Positions 52,738 through 64,000 of a stretch of DNA of 64,000 nt are shown here, piece after piece. The translations under genes were made by a program, and so were the position numbers. The notes beneath the pieces were generated by a model. That model searched no databases. It saw nothing but the letters and a program-made list of their open reading frames with translations, and was not told where the DNA came from. How positions within the stretch are numbered: position 1 is the stretch's first letter; every line of letters begins with the position of its first letter. Source of the DNA: Octopus bimaculoides (taxonomy: Eukaryota); NCBI RefSeq assembly GCF_001194135.2, contig NC_068982.1:168832309-168896308 (forward strand). Reading direction: 5' to 3'.

Positions 52738-52774
<37 letters not shown>

Positions 52775-52932
52775 CAACAGCTTTTTTCATTTTCCGTCTA
52801 CCAAATTCACTCACAAGGCTTTAGTCGACCCGAGGCTATAGTAGAAGACACTTGCCCAAAGTGCTACGAAGTGGGATTGAACACGGAACCGTGTGGTTGG
52901 GAAGGAAGCTTCTTACCACACAACCAAGCCTG
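52021..52932 (-). mobile_element. SINE family A split by an insertion in its microsatellite core
   Basis: 3' part at 52021-52190 and 5' part at 52774-52932. The intervening DNA includes the foldback hammerhead element. Confidence 0.7.
52221..52520 (+). ncRNA. Foldback element with a hammerhead-like motif in its loop
   Basis: Arms 52221-52305 / 52435-52520. CTGATGA at 52355, 11-bp helix II GCTGCACCGAC/GTCGGTGCAGC, and GAAAC-ACGT-GTA at 52419-52430. Confidence 0.65.
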
Positions 52933-54182
52933 TTTATGTTTGCATCTCAATTTCTATAAGTGTGTATCGCCACAGACTGAACTGAGATGGCTGGGTCGTA
53001 AACGTGTTGAAATATCAACTGCTTTGAGTAAATCAGGTGTGTTACTCGCTGACACGATTGAAATTTTCACTAGAAACCTCAAAAAACATTTAGCTGCAAT
53101 AAACTAATATCCTTTCTTGAAACTGATATAAGGTTTCATTCACTAAAAATGACGGAAAGACGATTAAATCGTATTTTAAGGTTTATGAAAGAATTAGAAA
53201 ATATTGATTTCAAATGTTGGTACAGGGCCAGCAATTTGAGGGAGGAGATGAGTCGATATCGTCAATCCAGCACTCAAGTGGTACTTATTTTATCGACCCC
53301 GAAAGGATGAAAGGCAAAGTCGACCTCAGTGGATTTTGAACTCAGAACGTAAAGACGGGTGAAATGCCGCTAAACATTTTTCACTGCCTTGTAGAATTAG
53401 AAAATATATCCTATCAAATAGGATACAGTCAACTAACGTCTAAAGGGGGTGTAATTACTACTTAGAAGTGTAATACATGGAGGAAAGCATGCGGCATGTG
53501 ACAGCATTCATTTAAAGAAAAATTCGTAGACTACGGTCGAACTGGAAACGCTAACTTAGTAAATAGAAGTAGAGATATATATAAATAGAAGTAGAGATAT
53601 AGACATACTGACAGATCGATGCAAGAGAACTTGCACTTTATATAAAAACAGACTATTTCCAATCAATGAAAACTTCCCGAGAAGCAGAAGTTGAACGAGC
53701 ATTGTCCTTCTGAAACCGATTCCATCGATTACAAAGAAACCTGCAATACACATCAATGTCACTCGACTTCACGCAATTGAAATCGATCGCAATTGAAGAT
53801 GTCTATCTACCTAGGGATTTGGAGCGTCTTTGTTGTTGTCGTGGTTGCTGTCATTCATGTCATTGTCGATGTTGTCATTGTTGTTGTTGTCATTGTCGCT
53901 GTTGTTCTTTAGCACCTGATCAAAGACGTGCCTACCGTGACGATCTCCTCTTTTATTCAGACATAGTGAGTCTAGGACGACATGATCCAGTGGGTTCTTC
54001 CGTCTGCTTTTGTTTACGATTTTAATATTTTTTTACAATAGAGTGTGATTCCAGGAACATTTGATTTCATATTCTAGAATGCTGAATGACTGTTTAGGGG
54101 TTCTCTCCTTCTTTTCTTCTCTTTTTTTTAACTGAAGGTTTATACGTTCATGTACTATGTTTTCATGTCTATATTTTTAGTA

Positions 54183-54242
<60 letters not shown>

Positions 54243-54283
54243 TTGTAGACTTATGAGTCTACATATATATGCATGTGTGTGTA

Positions 54284-54506
54284 CGAAGGCGTGCTGAAAA
54301 GTTCCTGATTTCGGGTAAAAGATACAGTAGAATCAATTAATTATGATGTTTTTTTTTATTATTCAACGTATTCCCATCGCAGATTCATACACTTATTACA
54401 GCGGTCCTTCAGTTTTCTAATCCCTGTAAAAGAACTCGGAAGGTTGGGCCTCCAACAAGGCCTTCCGTGATACCCTTAAAGCCAGGAACTTTTCAGCACT
54501 CCCTCG
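54284..54506. mobile_element. mariner-type MITE
   Basis: Terminal repeats CGAAGGCGTGCTGAAAAGTTCCTG / CCAGGAACTTTTCAGCACTCCCTCG. Second copy at 59321-59538. Confidence 0.85.
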
Positions 54507-54937
54507 GACATGGTAAAGACTGAGTGAGAAGGTGAAAGGGAAACAGTATTCGGGAGACCACTTAAGGTATCGTTCAACCTGCTAGAAAAAGAAACTATAT
54601 GTTCCTAAAATCACATTATATTGTAAAAAAACAAAACAAATTGGAACAACAGCAACAACGACAACAACAACAGATTACTTTTCATGGATAATTCTATATT
54701 TTAAACACATAACATTATATATAGTCTTATAGAAAAGTCACTAACTGTATTGTATTCACTCGTCTATAATAATCAAATGTCGCTTATTAGCATAAACAAT
54801 CTTTTGCCTCCCTTTTGAATTCTTATTCAGGCTTCTTCTTGTTTAGCCTTTGATCAGCTTTCATCAAGAATGACTAAAATCGAAAACATTCCCGCTGCAT
54901 GCATCCCGCCTTTTATTTCGTCTTATTGTATTTAGGA

Positions 54938-55324
54938 GTGGAGGCGCAATGGCCCAGTGGTTAGGGCAGCGGACTCGCGGTCATAGGATCACGGTTTCGA
55001 TTCCCAGACCGGGCGTTGTGGGTGTTTATTGAGCAAAAACACCTAAAGCTCCACAAGGCTCCGGCAGGGGATAGTGGCGAACCCTGCTGTACTCTTCCAC
55101 CACGACTTTCTCTCACTCTTACTTCCTGTTTCTGTTGTGCCTGTATTTCAAAGGGCCAGCCTTGTCACACTGTGTCACGCTGAATATCCCCGAGAACTAC
55201 GTTAAGGGCACACGTGTCTGTGGAGTGCTCAGCCACTTGCACGTTAATTTCACGAGCAGGCTGTTCCGTTGATAGGATCAACTGGAACCCTCGACGTCGT
55301 AAGCGACGGAGTGCCAGCAACAAC
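54938..55324 (+). mobile_element. tRNA-derived SINE, family B, with target duplication
   Basis: TGTATTTAGGA at 54927-54937 and 55325-55335. Highly similar to 12503-12893. Confidence 0.9.
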
Positions 55325-55859
55325 TGTATTTAGGACTACATTATGCAATGCACTCTTTCCATATTAAGCATGTAGAATGTAATTTGGCAAAGATGATTTA
55401 GGTGTCATATCTAGCAGTTCGAGAAACGTCCATGTAGGAAGAAACTGCTTCATTAGCTCGATTTTGTGTAATTAGTGCAGACTTGCTCCAATGGAAATAC
55501 ATTCAGCTTTAACTATATAAGTACACAATAAAACACTGTATATGTGTATGCATCCATAGATATTAACTCCTATTTGCTTCAATATTTACAAATGTATGTG
55601 CAGTAGATATCAATAACGCATTGAATTCTATGTATTATATACTTATAAGCAACTATATCAATACAAACGCATGTTCTGACACGTCATAAACAAACTGTGC
55701 TGAGTTGCTGCTGCTGCTGCTTCTACTCTTTTTCGTTTTTTGTTTCTGTGACATGAGTAAGTCTTGATTACCTGATCAATTGATTAATGGTGGGTTTACC
55801 ATACTGCTGTTCATTCATCATTATCTCACTCATTGTTTTTATATTGAATATTGACTTAC

Positions 55860-56098
55860 TTTCTATCAAATCTGCTGTAAGCCATTCTTCAGCAAGTTTC
55901 TTAAAATATAGATTTGGTGCCTCCGTTGCAATGGGACACTGCGCATCCGGAAAAAGGTCATGGTTGCCAAGACTTGAAGCAAGTGGAATTTTGGGGAAAT
56001 GTGCCTTCAAAATGTCTGTGCAGTTCTTGATGATTTCAAGATTCTTTGATTCATTCAGAACGAGTCTCTCGTTCATACGGGGATGCAGGACAGTGTCA
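55860..56098 (-). CDS. SMPDL3B: SMPDL3B-like, coding exon 3 (GD and GNHD motifs)
   Basis: Acceptor TTTTACTATAG. Translates (G)DTVLHPRMNERLVLNESKNLEIIKNCTDILKAHFPKIPLASSLGNHDLFPDAQCPIATEAPNLYFKKLAEEWLTADLIE. Donor A|GTAAGT. Length 239 nt is phase-consistent with both neighbours. Confidence 0.92.
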
Positions 56099-57411
56099 CT
56101 ATAGTAAAATAGTAATGAATGAGTAAAATGGTAGTAAATAAAATAAATTCTAACACGTACAAGGCCACATATTTAGGTGGGGTCGGTATAGTCGATTTTA
56201 ACGGATACCACACTGGACTAGTATTTTATTTACCCTGGAACCCGGAAATATGAATTAAAAGTTAACCCACATCGAATTTAAACTCAGAATGTAAAGCGGT
56301 TCTTTACACTCTGAGATTAAATCATGTTCTATCGATTCTTCTACTCGAGAGTTATATAATAAAATGTAAATATTTATTCCTGTATTTATTTGCCTCGCGT
56401 ACGAGCGTAATAAATAAAGTGAAAATGCTTAAAATTTACTGATGAAGAGTCGTGAAAAGAGGTAAAATTGTGATTAACCCAACTGACTTTAGAGGAGATA
56501 GGTAAAGATGTTCTGACGTCCGTAGCTTTTACGTTCCTGCTAAAAACCAGAACTCTTATATAGCCAATGGTCTTTAGAATCGCATACAAATCACTATACC
56601 TAATCCCATTGTCTTGTGAATCTAGACTATTGTACAATTTCAAAAGTATGCAATATTGATATTTTGCATATGGCCTCTTAAAGTAGGAGATAAGAGCGCA
56701 GGAAGCGGTTTCAATTTGCAATAGAAGTAAATATTTTTCATTCTTGCTGTTAAATTCTCGTTGGAAAAGTGTGACTTACGCTTCACATCCCTTCTATTCT
56801 AAAAGTTAAAATGTCTTTGTTCATGTTAAAAATACACCAATAATCTGGTAGTCGCTCCCTCGTTACGCAATAGATTCTAATTCAGACCGAAACCATTTTA
56901 CATTACTGGCGTTTCTATAGGAATAGCAAAAAGTGGTCACTATGCCCCTTCCTATGAAATTTTCATTCTTATTTAAAGATTAAAGACTTTCATATTTACA
57001 TCTGCAGCGTGTTTCAATCAATTTGATCACTAATAGTTATCGGGTGTCTTTTTCCTGTATGATTAAATAGTACTACATTGAATTCGGAATAACAACTTTT
57101 ATTATTAAACAAAGGATAATAACGTTCTCATTGACTACGCCACTGATGCATGTTATATTTCTGATATGTACTCATACAATGATGAGACACCTAATGAAGA
57201 CCGCAAACCAAACCGATTGAAACGTATAATAGATTGAAATAGTATTGAAAATGCTTAATTTTAAAGATGACAAATAGACTGAAAAATTATAATCTTAATA
57301 ACCTTTCCTCTTTAAAGAAATCTTTAAAGACAATATTTTAATCTTAATCCTCTTTTCTAGTGGTTAGGTAAACAAGAAAATAAGTCGTAATAGCTAATTG
57401 CTAATACTTGC

Positions 57412-57610
57412 CCTGTCCAGACAATAAAGTCAACATGAGAATTGATGGTTTTCATTTCTTCGATAATGCTTTCAATCAGTATCGCCGGTGCATCACAAGA
57501 ATAGTCGCCAAATTTTCCATAGGTCTTGTTAATGGCTTTGCAGGAATAGGGGATTTCAAGTTCGTTGTAGGTGAAGTCATAATGGAGATCTGTTATGTGC
57601 CAAAAGTAAC
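57412..57610 (-). CDS. SMPDL3B: SMPDL3B-like, coding exon 2 (DxH metallophosphoesterase motif)
   Basis: Acceptor TCTCAG. Translates (G)YFWHITDLHYDFTYNELEIPYSCKAINKTYGKFGDYSCDAPAILIESIIEEMKTINSHVDFIVWTG, the ASM/SMPDL3 signature FWHITDLH...GDYxCD...FIVWTG. Ends at a GC donor (GG|GCAAGT). Confidence 0.92.
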
Positions 57611-57612
57611 CT

Positions 57613-57613
57613 G

Positions 57614-57699
<86 letters not shown>
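57613..57699. repeat. (GATA)n microsatellite abutting the exon 2 acceptor
   Basis: Pure GATA array ending 2-4 nt from the splice AG. Confidence 0.95.
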
Positions 57700-57700
<1 letters not shown>

Positions 57701-58216
57701 GCGAGATAAAATATGTACAGTGATGGATATGCGATCATGAATTAAAATATTTAATGAAACTAAAGTTTGTTATGCGTTCATATTCAGACGTATTTTGTAC
57801 TTTTCGATAAATATATTTTCTTTATTTAATCGTTCTTGTACAGAAACTGTTTCCTTGCACTGGTAGATGGAGAAAACCGTAAAGTTTGGTTGGAGATTCC
57901 CTGCACATCTCTCTATGTGTTCACTCAAAGATATTTGTCTATACCTCGGGAAACAGATCTATTCCTTATTCAGTGTAGTTCTCCGTCTAAGTGACATATT
58001 TGTTTGGCCTATATAGTTGTGTCCACAACCTGAACAAGTTATGACATAAGTTAAATTCTCAGACACACAAGTGAAATTGGTCTTAATTGTGAATCTCTCT
58101 CGTTGTTTGAAGTGAAATTTCGAACCTTCCAGTAGGTTGGGGCATGTTCCACAATCTGGACGTCCGCATTTTTAACTATTAGTTTCGTTGTTATTGTTGT
58201 TGTTGTTGTTGTGTAC

Positions 58217-58247
58217 ATCGTTCCAATTTTAGTATATGTACTGCCGA
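58217..58247 (-). pseudogene. RNU6: U6 snRNA 5' fragment (inverted)
   Basis: Minus strand TCGGCAGTACATATACTAAAATTGGAACGAT. Confidence 0.85.
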
Positions 58248-58262
58248 TACAATATATATATA

Positions 58263-58302
<40 letters not shown>

Positions 58303-58319
58303 TATAGATATATATTGTA

Positions 58320-58382
58320 TCGGCAGTACATATACTAAAATTGGAATGATACAGAGATTAGCATGACCCCTGCGTGAGGATG
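58320..58382 (+). pseudogene. RNU6: U6 snRNA pseudogene copy, cut by an N-gap
   Basis: Identical to the first 63 nt of the copy at 58561. Confidence 0.85.
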
Positions 58383-58506
58383 NNNNNNNNNNTTTATGAA
58401 AAGTAACGATATATATATACAATTAGATGAACTGAGGTAGGAATAAAGGTAATAAAAGTCATTATTTTGAGTTATTAAAGAGATTTACAAGCATACCGGT
58501 TTCGTG

Positions 58507-58543
<37 letters not shown>

Positions 58544-58560
58544 TATAGATATATATTGTA

Positions 58561-58656
58561 TCGGCAGTACATATACTAAAATTGGAATGATACAGAGATT
58601 AGCATGACCCCTGCGTGAGGATGACACGCAAATTCGTGAAGCGCGTTCCCTATTTT
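58561..58656 (+). pseudogene. RNU6: U6 snRNA pseudogene
   Basis: TCGGCAGTACATATACTAAAATTGGAATGATACAGAGATTAGCATGACCCCTGCGTGAGGATGACACGCAAATTCGTGAAGCGCGTTCCCTATTTT. Lacks the 5' GTGCTCGCT, has a 3-nt deletion after the ACAGAGA box and substitutions in the internal stem-loop. Confidence 0.9.
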
Positions 58657-58659
58657 CTA

Positions 58660-58822
58660 TAGACGCAGTAGTGGCTGTGAGGTAAGAAGCTTGCTTCCCA
58701 ACCACATGGTTCCAGGCTCAGTCCCATTGCGTGGCACCTTGTGCGAGTGTCTCCTCTTATAGCCCAGATCGACCAAAGCCTTCTGAGTGGATTTAGTAGA
58801 CAGAAACTGAAAGAAGCCCATC
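58660..58822 (+). mobile_element. SINE family A, 5' half
   Basis: Matches 1191-1355 and starts immediately after the U6 copy. Confidence 0.8.
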
Positions 58823-58823
58823 G

Positions 58824-58868
<45 letters not shown>

Positions 58869-59261
58869 NNNNNNNNNNNNNNNNNNNNNNNNNNNNNNNN
58901 NNNNNNNNNNNNNNNNNNNNNNNNNNNNNNNNNNNNNNNNNNNNNNNNNNNNNNNNNNNNNNNNNNNNNNNNNNNNNNNNNNNNNNNNNNNNNNNNNNNN
59001 NNNNNNNNNNNNNNNNNNNNNNNNNNNNNNNNNNNNNNNNNNNNNNNNNNNNNNNNNNNNNNNNNNNNNNNNNNNNNNNNNNNNNNNNNNNNNNNNNNNN
59101 NNNNNNNNNNNNNNNNNNNNNNNNNNNNNNNNNNNNNNNNNNNNNNNNNNNNNNNNNNNNNNNNNNNNNNNNNNNNNNNNNNNNNNNNNNNNNNNNNNNN
59201 NNNNNAAGGAAAAGAATAAAGGAATAAAAGAATATATATAGCTGTATACATAGGAGTGTGG

Positions 59262-59311
<50 letters not shown>

Positions 59312-59320
59312 ACAGATACA

Positions 59321-59538
59321 CAAAGGGGTGTTGAAAAGTTCCTGACTTTGTGTAAAAGAAAATACAGGAGGATCAGTGAATTATGATTTTATTCAACATA
59401 TTTCCCTCCTAGATTCACACATTTATTGCAGCGGTTCTTCAGTTTTTCTAAGCCCTGTAAAAGAACTCGGAAGGTTGGGCCTCCAACCAGGCCTTTCGCG
59501 ATACACTTATAAGCCAGGAACTGTTCAGCACACCCTGC
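59321..59538. mobile_element. mariner-type MITE (second copy)
   Basis: Homologous to 54284-54506. Confidence 0.8.
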
Positions 59539-59666
59539 TCTGGGATAAAATGGGGGAATGGTCGTGGCTAGGACGCATCATAACAAATAACAACGCTAAT
59601 TGAAGAAGAAATGAAATACAACAGAGTGACTAGCAATTAAAAAGAGATAATAATGTTTTCCTTTAC

Positions 59667-59811
59667 CTGTCGCATCAGATTTAGCATGTGTCTCTGATAC
59701 CAATAGCGACAACTGCAACAGCAACAACAAAAACAATGTTGGTAGCGCACTTACGTTGATGTGGGGATGAAGGGTTCGTATTCTCACACTTGACAGGCTA
59801 TTTTCTGTCAT
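59667..59811 (-). CDS. SMPDL3B: SMPDL3B-like phosphodiesterase, coding exon 1 (signal peptide)
   Basis: ATG at 59811 in an AAAATG context. Encodes MTENSLSSVRIRTLHPHINVSALPTLFLLLLLQLSLLVSETHAKSDAT with a hydrophobic signal-like core. The donor ACAG|GTAAAG is phase 1 and joins exon 2 to give TG-YFWH. Confidence 0.75.
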
Positions 59812-60326
59812 TTTAATCAACACTGTTTTCACTAATGTTTTAGCAACAAACGTCAAGTACTGTGAGCAAAGTCCTCTTTTCTGCAATCTCGCATACTACT
59901 TACTATATAAAACTCACCCACTCACAAGTGCACGCAATTCATTCAAACACACAAACACATATGCCTCAGTATCCCACACATAGATACTAGCACGTTCAAG
60001 GTCAGGTCCAGATGTAAAACTATTCAATGACACGTGATCAACATTAATACATCACGTATTTGACGGTCCCTAGTTCAGGGAATACTATGTGAATTATAAT
60101 TACTATTAAAATCGCATACCAGACATTGCTAGTTGCAGCAGTTGTGGATTAAATTCCAATAACCTTATTTCAGTGCTGCTATAAATACACATGAAAGACG
60201 AATATTCGATTCATGTAGAACGCGTGTGTGTGTATACATATATATACTTCTATACATACCTCATACATATATATGTATGTGAGTATATATGTATGCACAC
60301 ATGTATACACACAGACACACACATAC

Positions 60327-60413
<87 letters not shown>

Positions 60414-60838
60414 CACATACATACATACATACATACATACATACATACATACATACATACATACATACATACATACATACGACTGAGTGAAAATGTTTTA
60501 TGACAGAGATTTTGAATATTTATTATTGTTCACGTTTTCACTTTTAGATTAGAGGAATTCAATACAGGTTACACGTAGGTTAGTTTTTATCATATATATA
60601 TAGTGTGTGTATATGTATGAGAAGTATAACACGAATACACAAGAATACAGACAAATCACACACATACGCACGCGCTTGTATACATATACGTACATATATA
60701 CCAGCTGTGATACACAAAATAGAAAATCCCTCGCGAACGATGAGGTACAGGTATGTGATATAACACACACATGCACACAAACCTACACAAACATGTGCCT
60801 CTGTGTGTGTGTAGATAGATATATAGATAGATAGATCT

Positions 60839-61222
60839 GTGTAGGAAGAGGCTTGCTTACCAACAATGGTTCCGAGTTTAGTCCTACTGCCCGGCACCAA
60901 AGGCAAATGTTTTCTACTATAGTCTCGGGCCGACCAGATCCTTGTGAGTGGATTTGATAGACGAAAACTGAAAGAAGCCCGTCATATATGTGTGTGTGTT
61001 TTTGTGTCTGTGTTTGTCCCCCACCACCGCTTGACAACTGGTACTGGTGTGTTTACGCCCCCGTAGATAGCGGTTCGGCAAAAGAGGAGGATAAAATAAG
61101 TACCATGCTCTTAAGAATAAAAAGGGAAAAGTACTTGGGTCAATACATTTGACTAAAAATTTTTCAAGGCAGTGCCCCAGTATGGCCGCAGTCAAATGAA
61201 TGAAACAAGTAAAAGAATAAAG
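60839..61222 (+). mobile_element. SINE family A
   Basis: Homologous to 1191-1628. Confidence 0.8.
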
Positions 61223-61284
61223 AACATGGTTATATATATATATATTCGTATATGTATATATATATTAATATATGATTATATATA

Positions 61285-62708
61285 TGTACTTCTCCTCTTC
61301 CCACCCTACCCACACCAAATTCTCTATCCCCTACTCCCAATATCTCCGTTTGCGCCGACTCTGCAGTGACAACCATGACTTTGAGATTCAGTCTCAACTC
61401 ATGTTTCTCCATATCATCCTTCGTGGATATCTCCTCACCACTATCCACTCTTCCCTTGCTAGGGCACGTTCCGTGGACGGTACCTCTGCTCTTTCTCCCC
61501 GCACTCGCCCCGCCGTTGCCTGTCTCCTGTTTCCCCTTGCCTACCACCCTTCCAGTCTGCCCCTCTAACGCACCCTTCCGTTGACACCAATCCGACTCCT
61601 CCACCTCGCTCATTTTCCTCAACCTACACATTCCCTCCTTCAGACGAGCCCATAACCTGCGTGACCTCCTGGCCCACAGTTTCTTCCTTAACCCCACCTC
61701 CCAGCTTGGCTCGTTCCACTGCTCCCACCCATGCTGCCGTACCTGCCCCTACTTCTCCAACACCACCATCCTCACAGGCACCTATCATCGCCCCTATCAC
61801 ATCACCGACTCCTACATTTGCATTTCTAGAAACGTCATTTATTGCATCACTTGCTCTTTCTACTCTTCCTTGTACATCGGTCAAACGGGACGCCGCTTGA
61901 CTGACCGGTACGTAAACACCTCCGAGAAATCAGACTCGGCAATGACATCCCGATCTCGCGCTATTTCTGCTCAACTGGTCATTCACTACAATATCTGTGT
62001 TCGGCCTGCTTTGCACAAGGATCACCCGGACTCCCGCCTTGGCCGTGAACAAGAATTAATCTTCTCTCTTCGCTCCTTTGCTCCAAATGGGTTCAACTCC
62101 CCTCCTCTCTTCATCTGACACCTACTTCCTCTGTTCACTCCTATCTACACCCTCTCTTCATTAATACCACACCATCCCCACATCACCCCACACATCCCAA
62201 CGCCACACATCCCCACCACACTACACCACCCGACACCATTCTACACACACTAGCGCTGACCACTTCCCAGCACGCACATCACACACCCACACACAATCTT
62301 CAATAGCGTCACCACACATACCACTATATGAGCATCCACGCGTTACAGATGCACACACACACACACACTCACACATGTCAGAGTCTTTAGCCCCTATTCA
62401 CGCAGACACCATTCTCACACACTCACACATACGCACGTGCACCTTCATTTGAGATCACCAGCACTTTATTATCCCCCTTTTTTTCAACCTCTTCTTTCAA
62501 ACTTTTTTGCTAATCATTCGCCATGGTTGACCGCTAAATCTACACGTTTTTTTTTTCATTTTCTCTCTGTTTATTTTCTCTTATTCCTTTCTGTTGAAGA
62601 GCGTAGGCTCGAAACATGTAAGACTTTTTCATTTTCCCAAGCGTCAAACTAATACACCTGCTTGTTGTTCATACACCTGACTTCGTCTTTTGTTTTTCTA
62701 TAAATTTC

Positions 62709-62712
<4 letters not shown>
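61285..62712 (+). mobile_element. Penelope-like element, 5'-truncated: RT C-terminus, GIY-YIG remnant and 3' terminal repeat
   Basis: IPYSQYLRLRRLCS, PLAYHP, RRAHNLRDLL, NVIYCITC..YIGQTGRRL and REQELIFSLRSFAPNGFN, with frameshifts. Hammerhead-like motif at 62588-62623 before the TG array. Confidence 0.85.
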
Positions 62713-62765
<53 letters not shown>

Positions 62766-64000
62766 TGTGTGTGTGTGTGTGTGTGTGTGTCTATACACAT
62801 ACGTATGTATGTATGTATGTATATTATCTTTTTTCAATCATTTAACTTCTCCCTCTGAGAACGTACAAAGCTCTATCGTTGGAATGTAGATAACAAAAGC
62901 AATGTCACATTTTAAACTTGAGAAAAGTCTTGCATATTTTTACTATTCCACTCACAGATTGTATTTGTAATGTGCGAGTTGGTTAATTAATTTCTTTTTT
63001 CTGAAAATCTTAGCTTATCCAGATAGCCGCTTAGAAATTCAGTCACAAAACTAAGTGCATCAATTATTATTGTTATAAATGTGAATTTATAATCTGGATA
63101 CAAAAGCTGGAGGTTTCAAATTATTTCTGTACATTTAAAACAATAACAAAATTTGTATCACTCAGAATAGAAAAGTTCTTCGAAACAAAATATAAACTTT
63201 GACCCTGATCAGCTATTAAACATCTACAAAGCTCAACTGACATTACACTGAAGTATTGCTCATGTATAATTATGGGATGGTACTAAATGCATAATCATCT
63301 TAGGCATTGTCACCCCCACAAAAAATGATAGACAAAAAAGACAAATTGTATAACAAAGATTCACTCGGCAACACGCTATAACATTTACTCAAAAATGCAT
63401 TGTTTCTCCTTTCTAACGCTTCTATCTCTACTATAATCACATCGATGAGCCAACTGGTTGCATGCATATAATCACTTAGAACAACCGGAGCACCCAGCTC
63501 TCTTCCTCTTGATAACACGATTGTAATTAATACAGAAGGAAACAGATTTCATACTAAACTGTGCTTCTTCAGATCGTCAACCATCTAAAATTCTTTCTTT
63601 GCTTATGTCACTTATGTCATCTGTTCAAAGGTAATATTATGCACATCTGCTTCATTAGCTTGTCCCGCATAATTCCGCTATGTAACTGTATTTCTAATTA
63701 TGCCTCTGTGTGTGCGTGTGTGTATGTATGTATATACTTACGTATGTATGCATGTATACGTCTAGGTATGTATGTTCTTTTCCGTTTTTAATTATTTAAC
63801 GTATTCTTGTAAGGAAGGAAGAAACTGGTTCCTAACAAAGATGCAAGGCTCCGTCGTTGGGATGATGACAACGAAAACAAATTCACATTTTGAAATTGAA
63901 AAAATTCTTACATATTTTTACTGTTCTTTGTAATGTATGCATGCCTGCATGTATGGATGGATGGATGGATGGATGGATGGATGGATGTTTGTATGTATGT

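Noticed and set aside
55768-55859. ORF extension SKSIFNIKTMSEIMM..
   Set aside because: Begins with a perfect GTAAGT donor; intronic.
56439-56472. CTGATGA..GAAA..GTA motif
   Set aside because: No helix II or III pairing; consistent with chance.
59812-59886. Longer N-terminus MQKRGLCSQ..
   Set aside because: Starts at TTG; the first in-frame ATG is at 59811.

Overview
Repeat-dense, AT-rich animal DNA from a gappy short-read assembly (N-runs at about 8463-9173, 9996-10203, 20779-20788, 21593-22365, 30351-30627, 43694-44651, 58383-58392 and 58869-59206). The SINE families and microsatellite load look like Octopus/cephalopod DNA; this is inference from recognition, not a search. One host gene is supported: a minus-strand acid-sphingomyelinase-like phosphodiesterase (SMPDL3B-like). 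Five coding exons join in frame (59667-59811, 57412-57610, 55860-56098, 47515-47699, 39289-39788). It has a GC-AG intron and a GPI-type tail, and one catalytic exon is missing from the assembled sequence. The rest is decayed mobile DNA: a Helitron with an intact 3' end, mariner, maT, pogo and MULE remnants, MITEs, R4/Dong-like and CR1-like LINE pieces, a Penelope-like element, tRNA-SINEs, a U6 pseudogene cluster and long foldback repeats. The most unusual recurring signal is a set of hammerhead-ribozyme-like motifs in several unrelated small elements. The best is at 43283-43369; others sit in the loop of a foldback element (52221-52520), in the tail of a tRNA-headed SINE (5614-5659) and at the Penelope 3' end (62588-62623). 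All folds were read by eye and none was computed. Nearly all listed ORFs are microsatellite or N-run artefacts.
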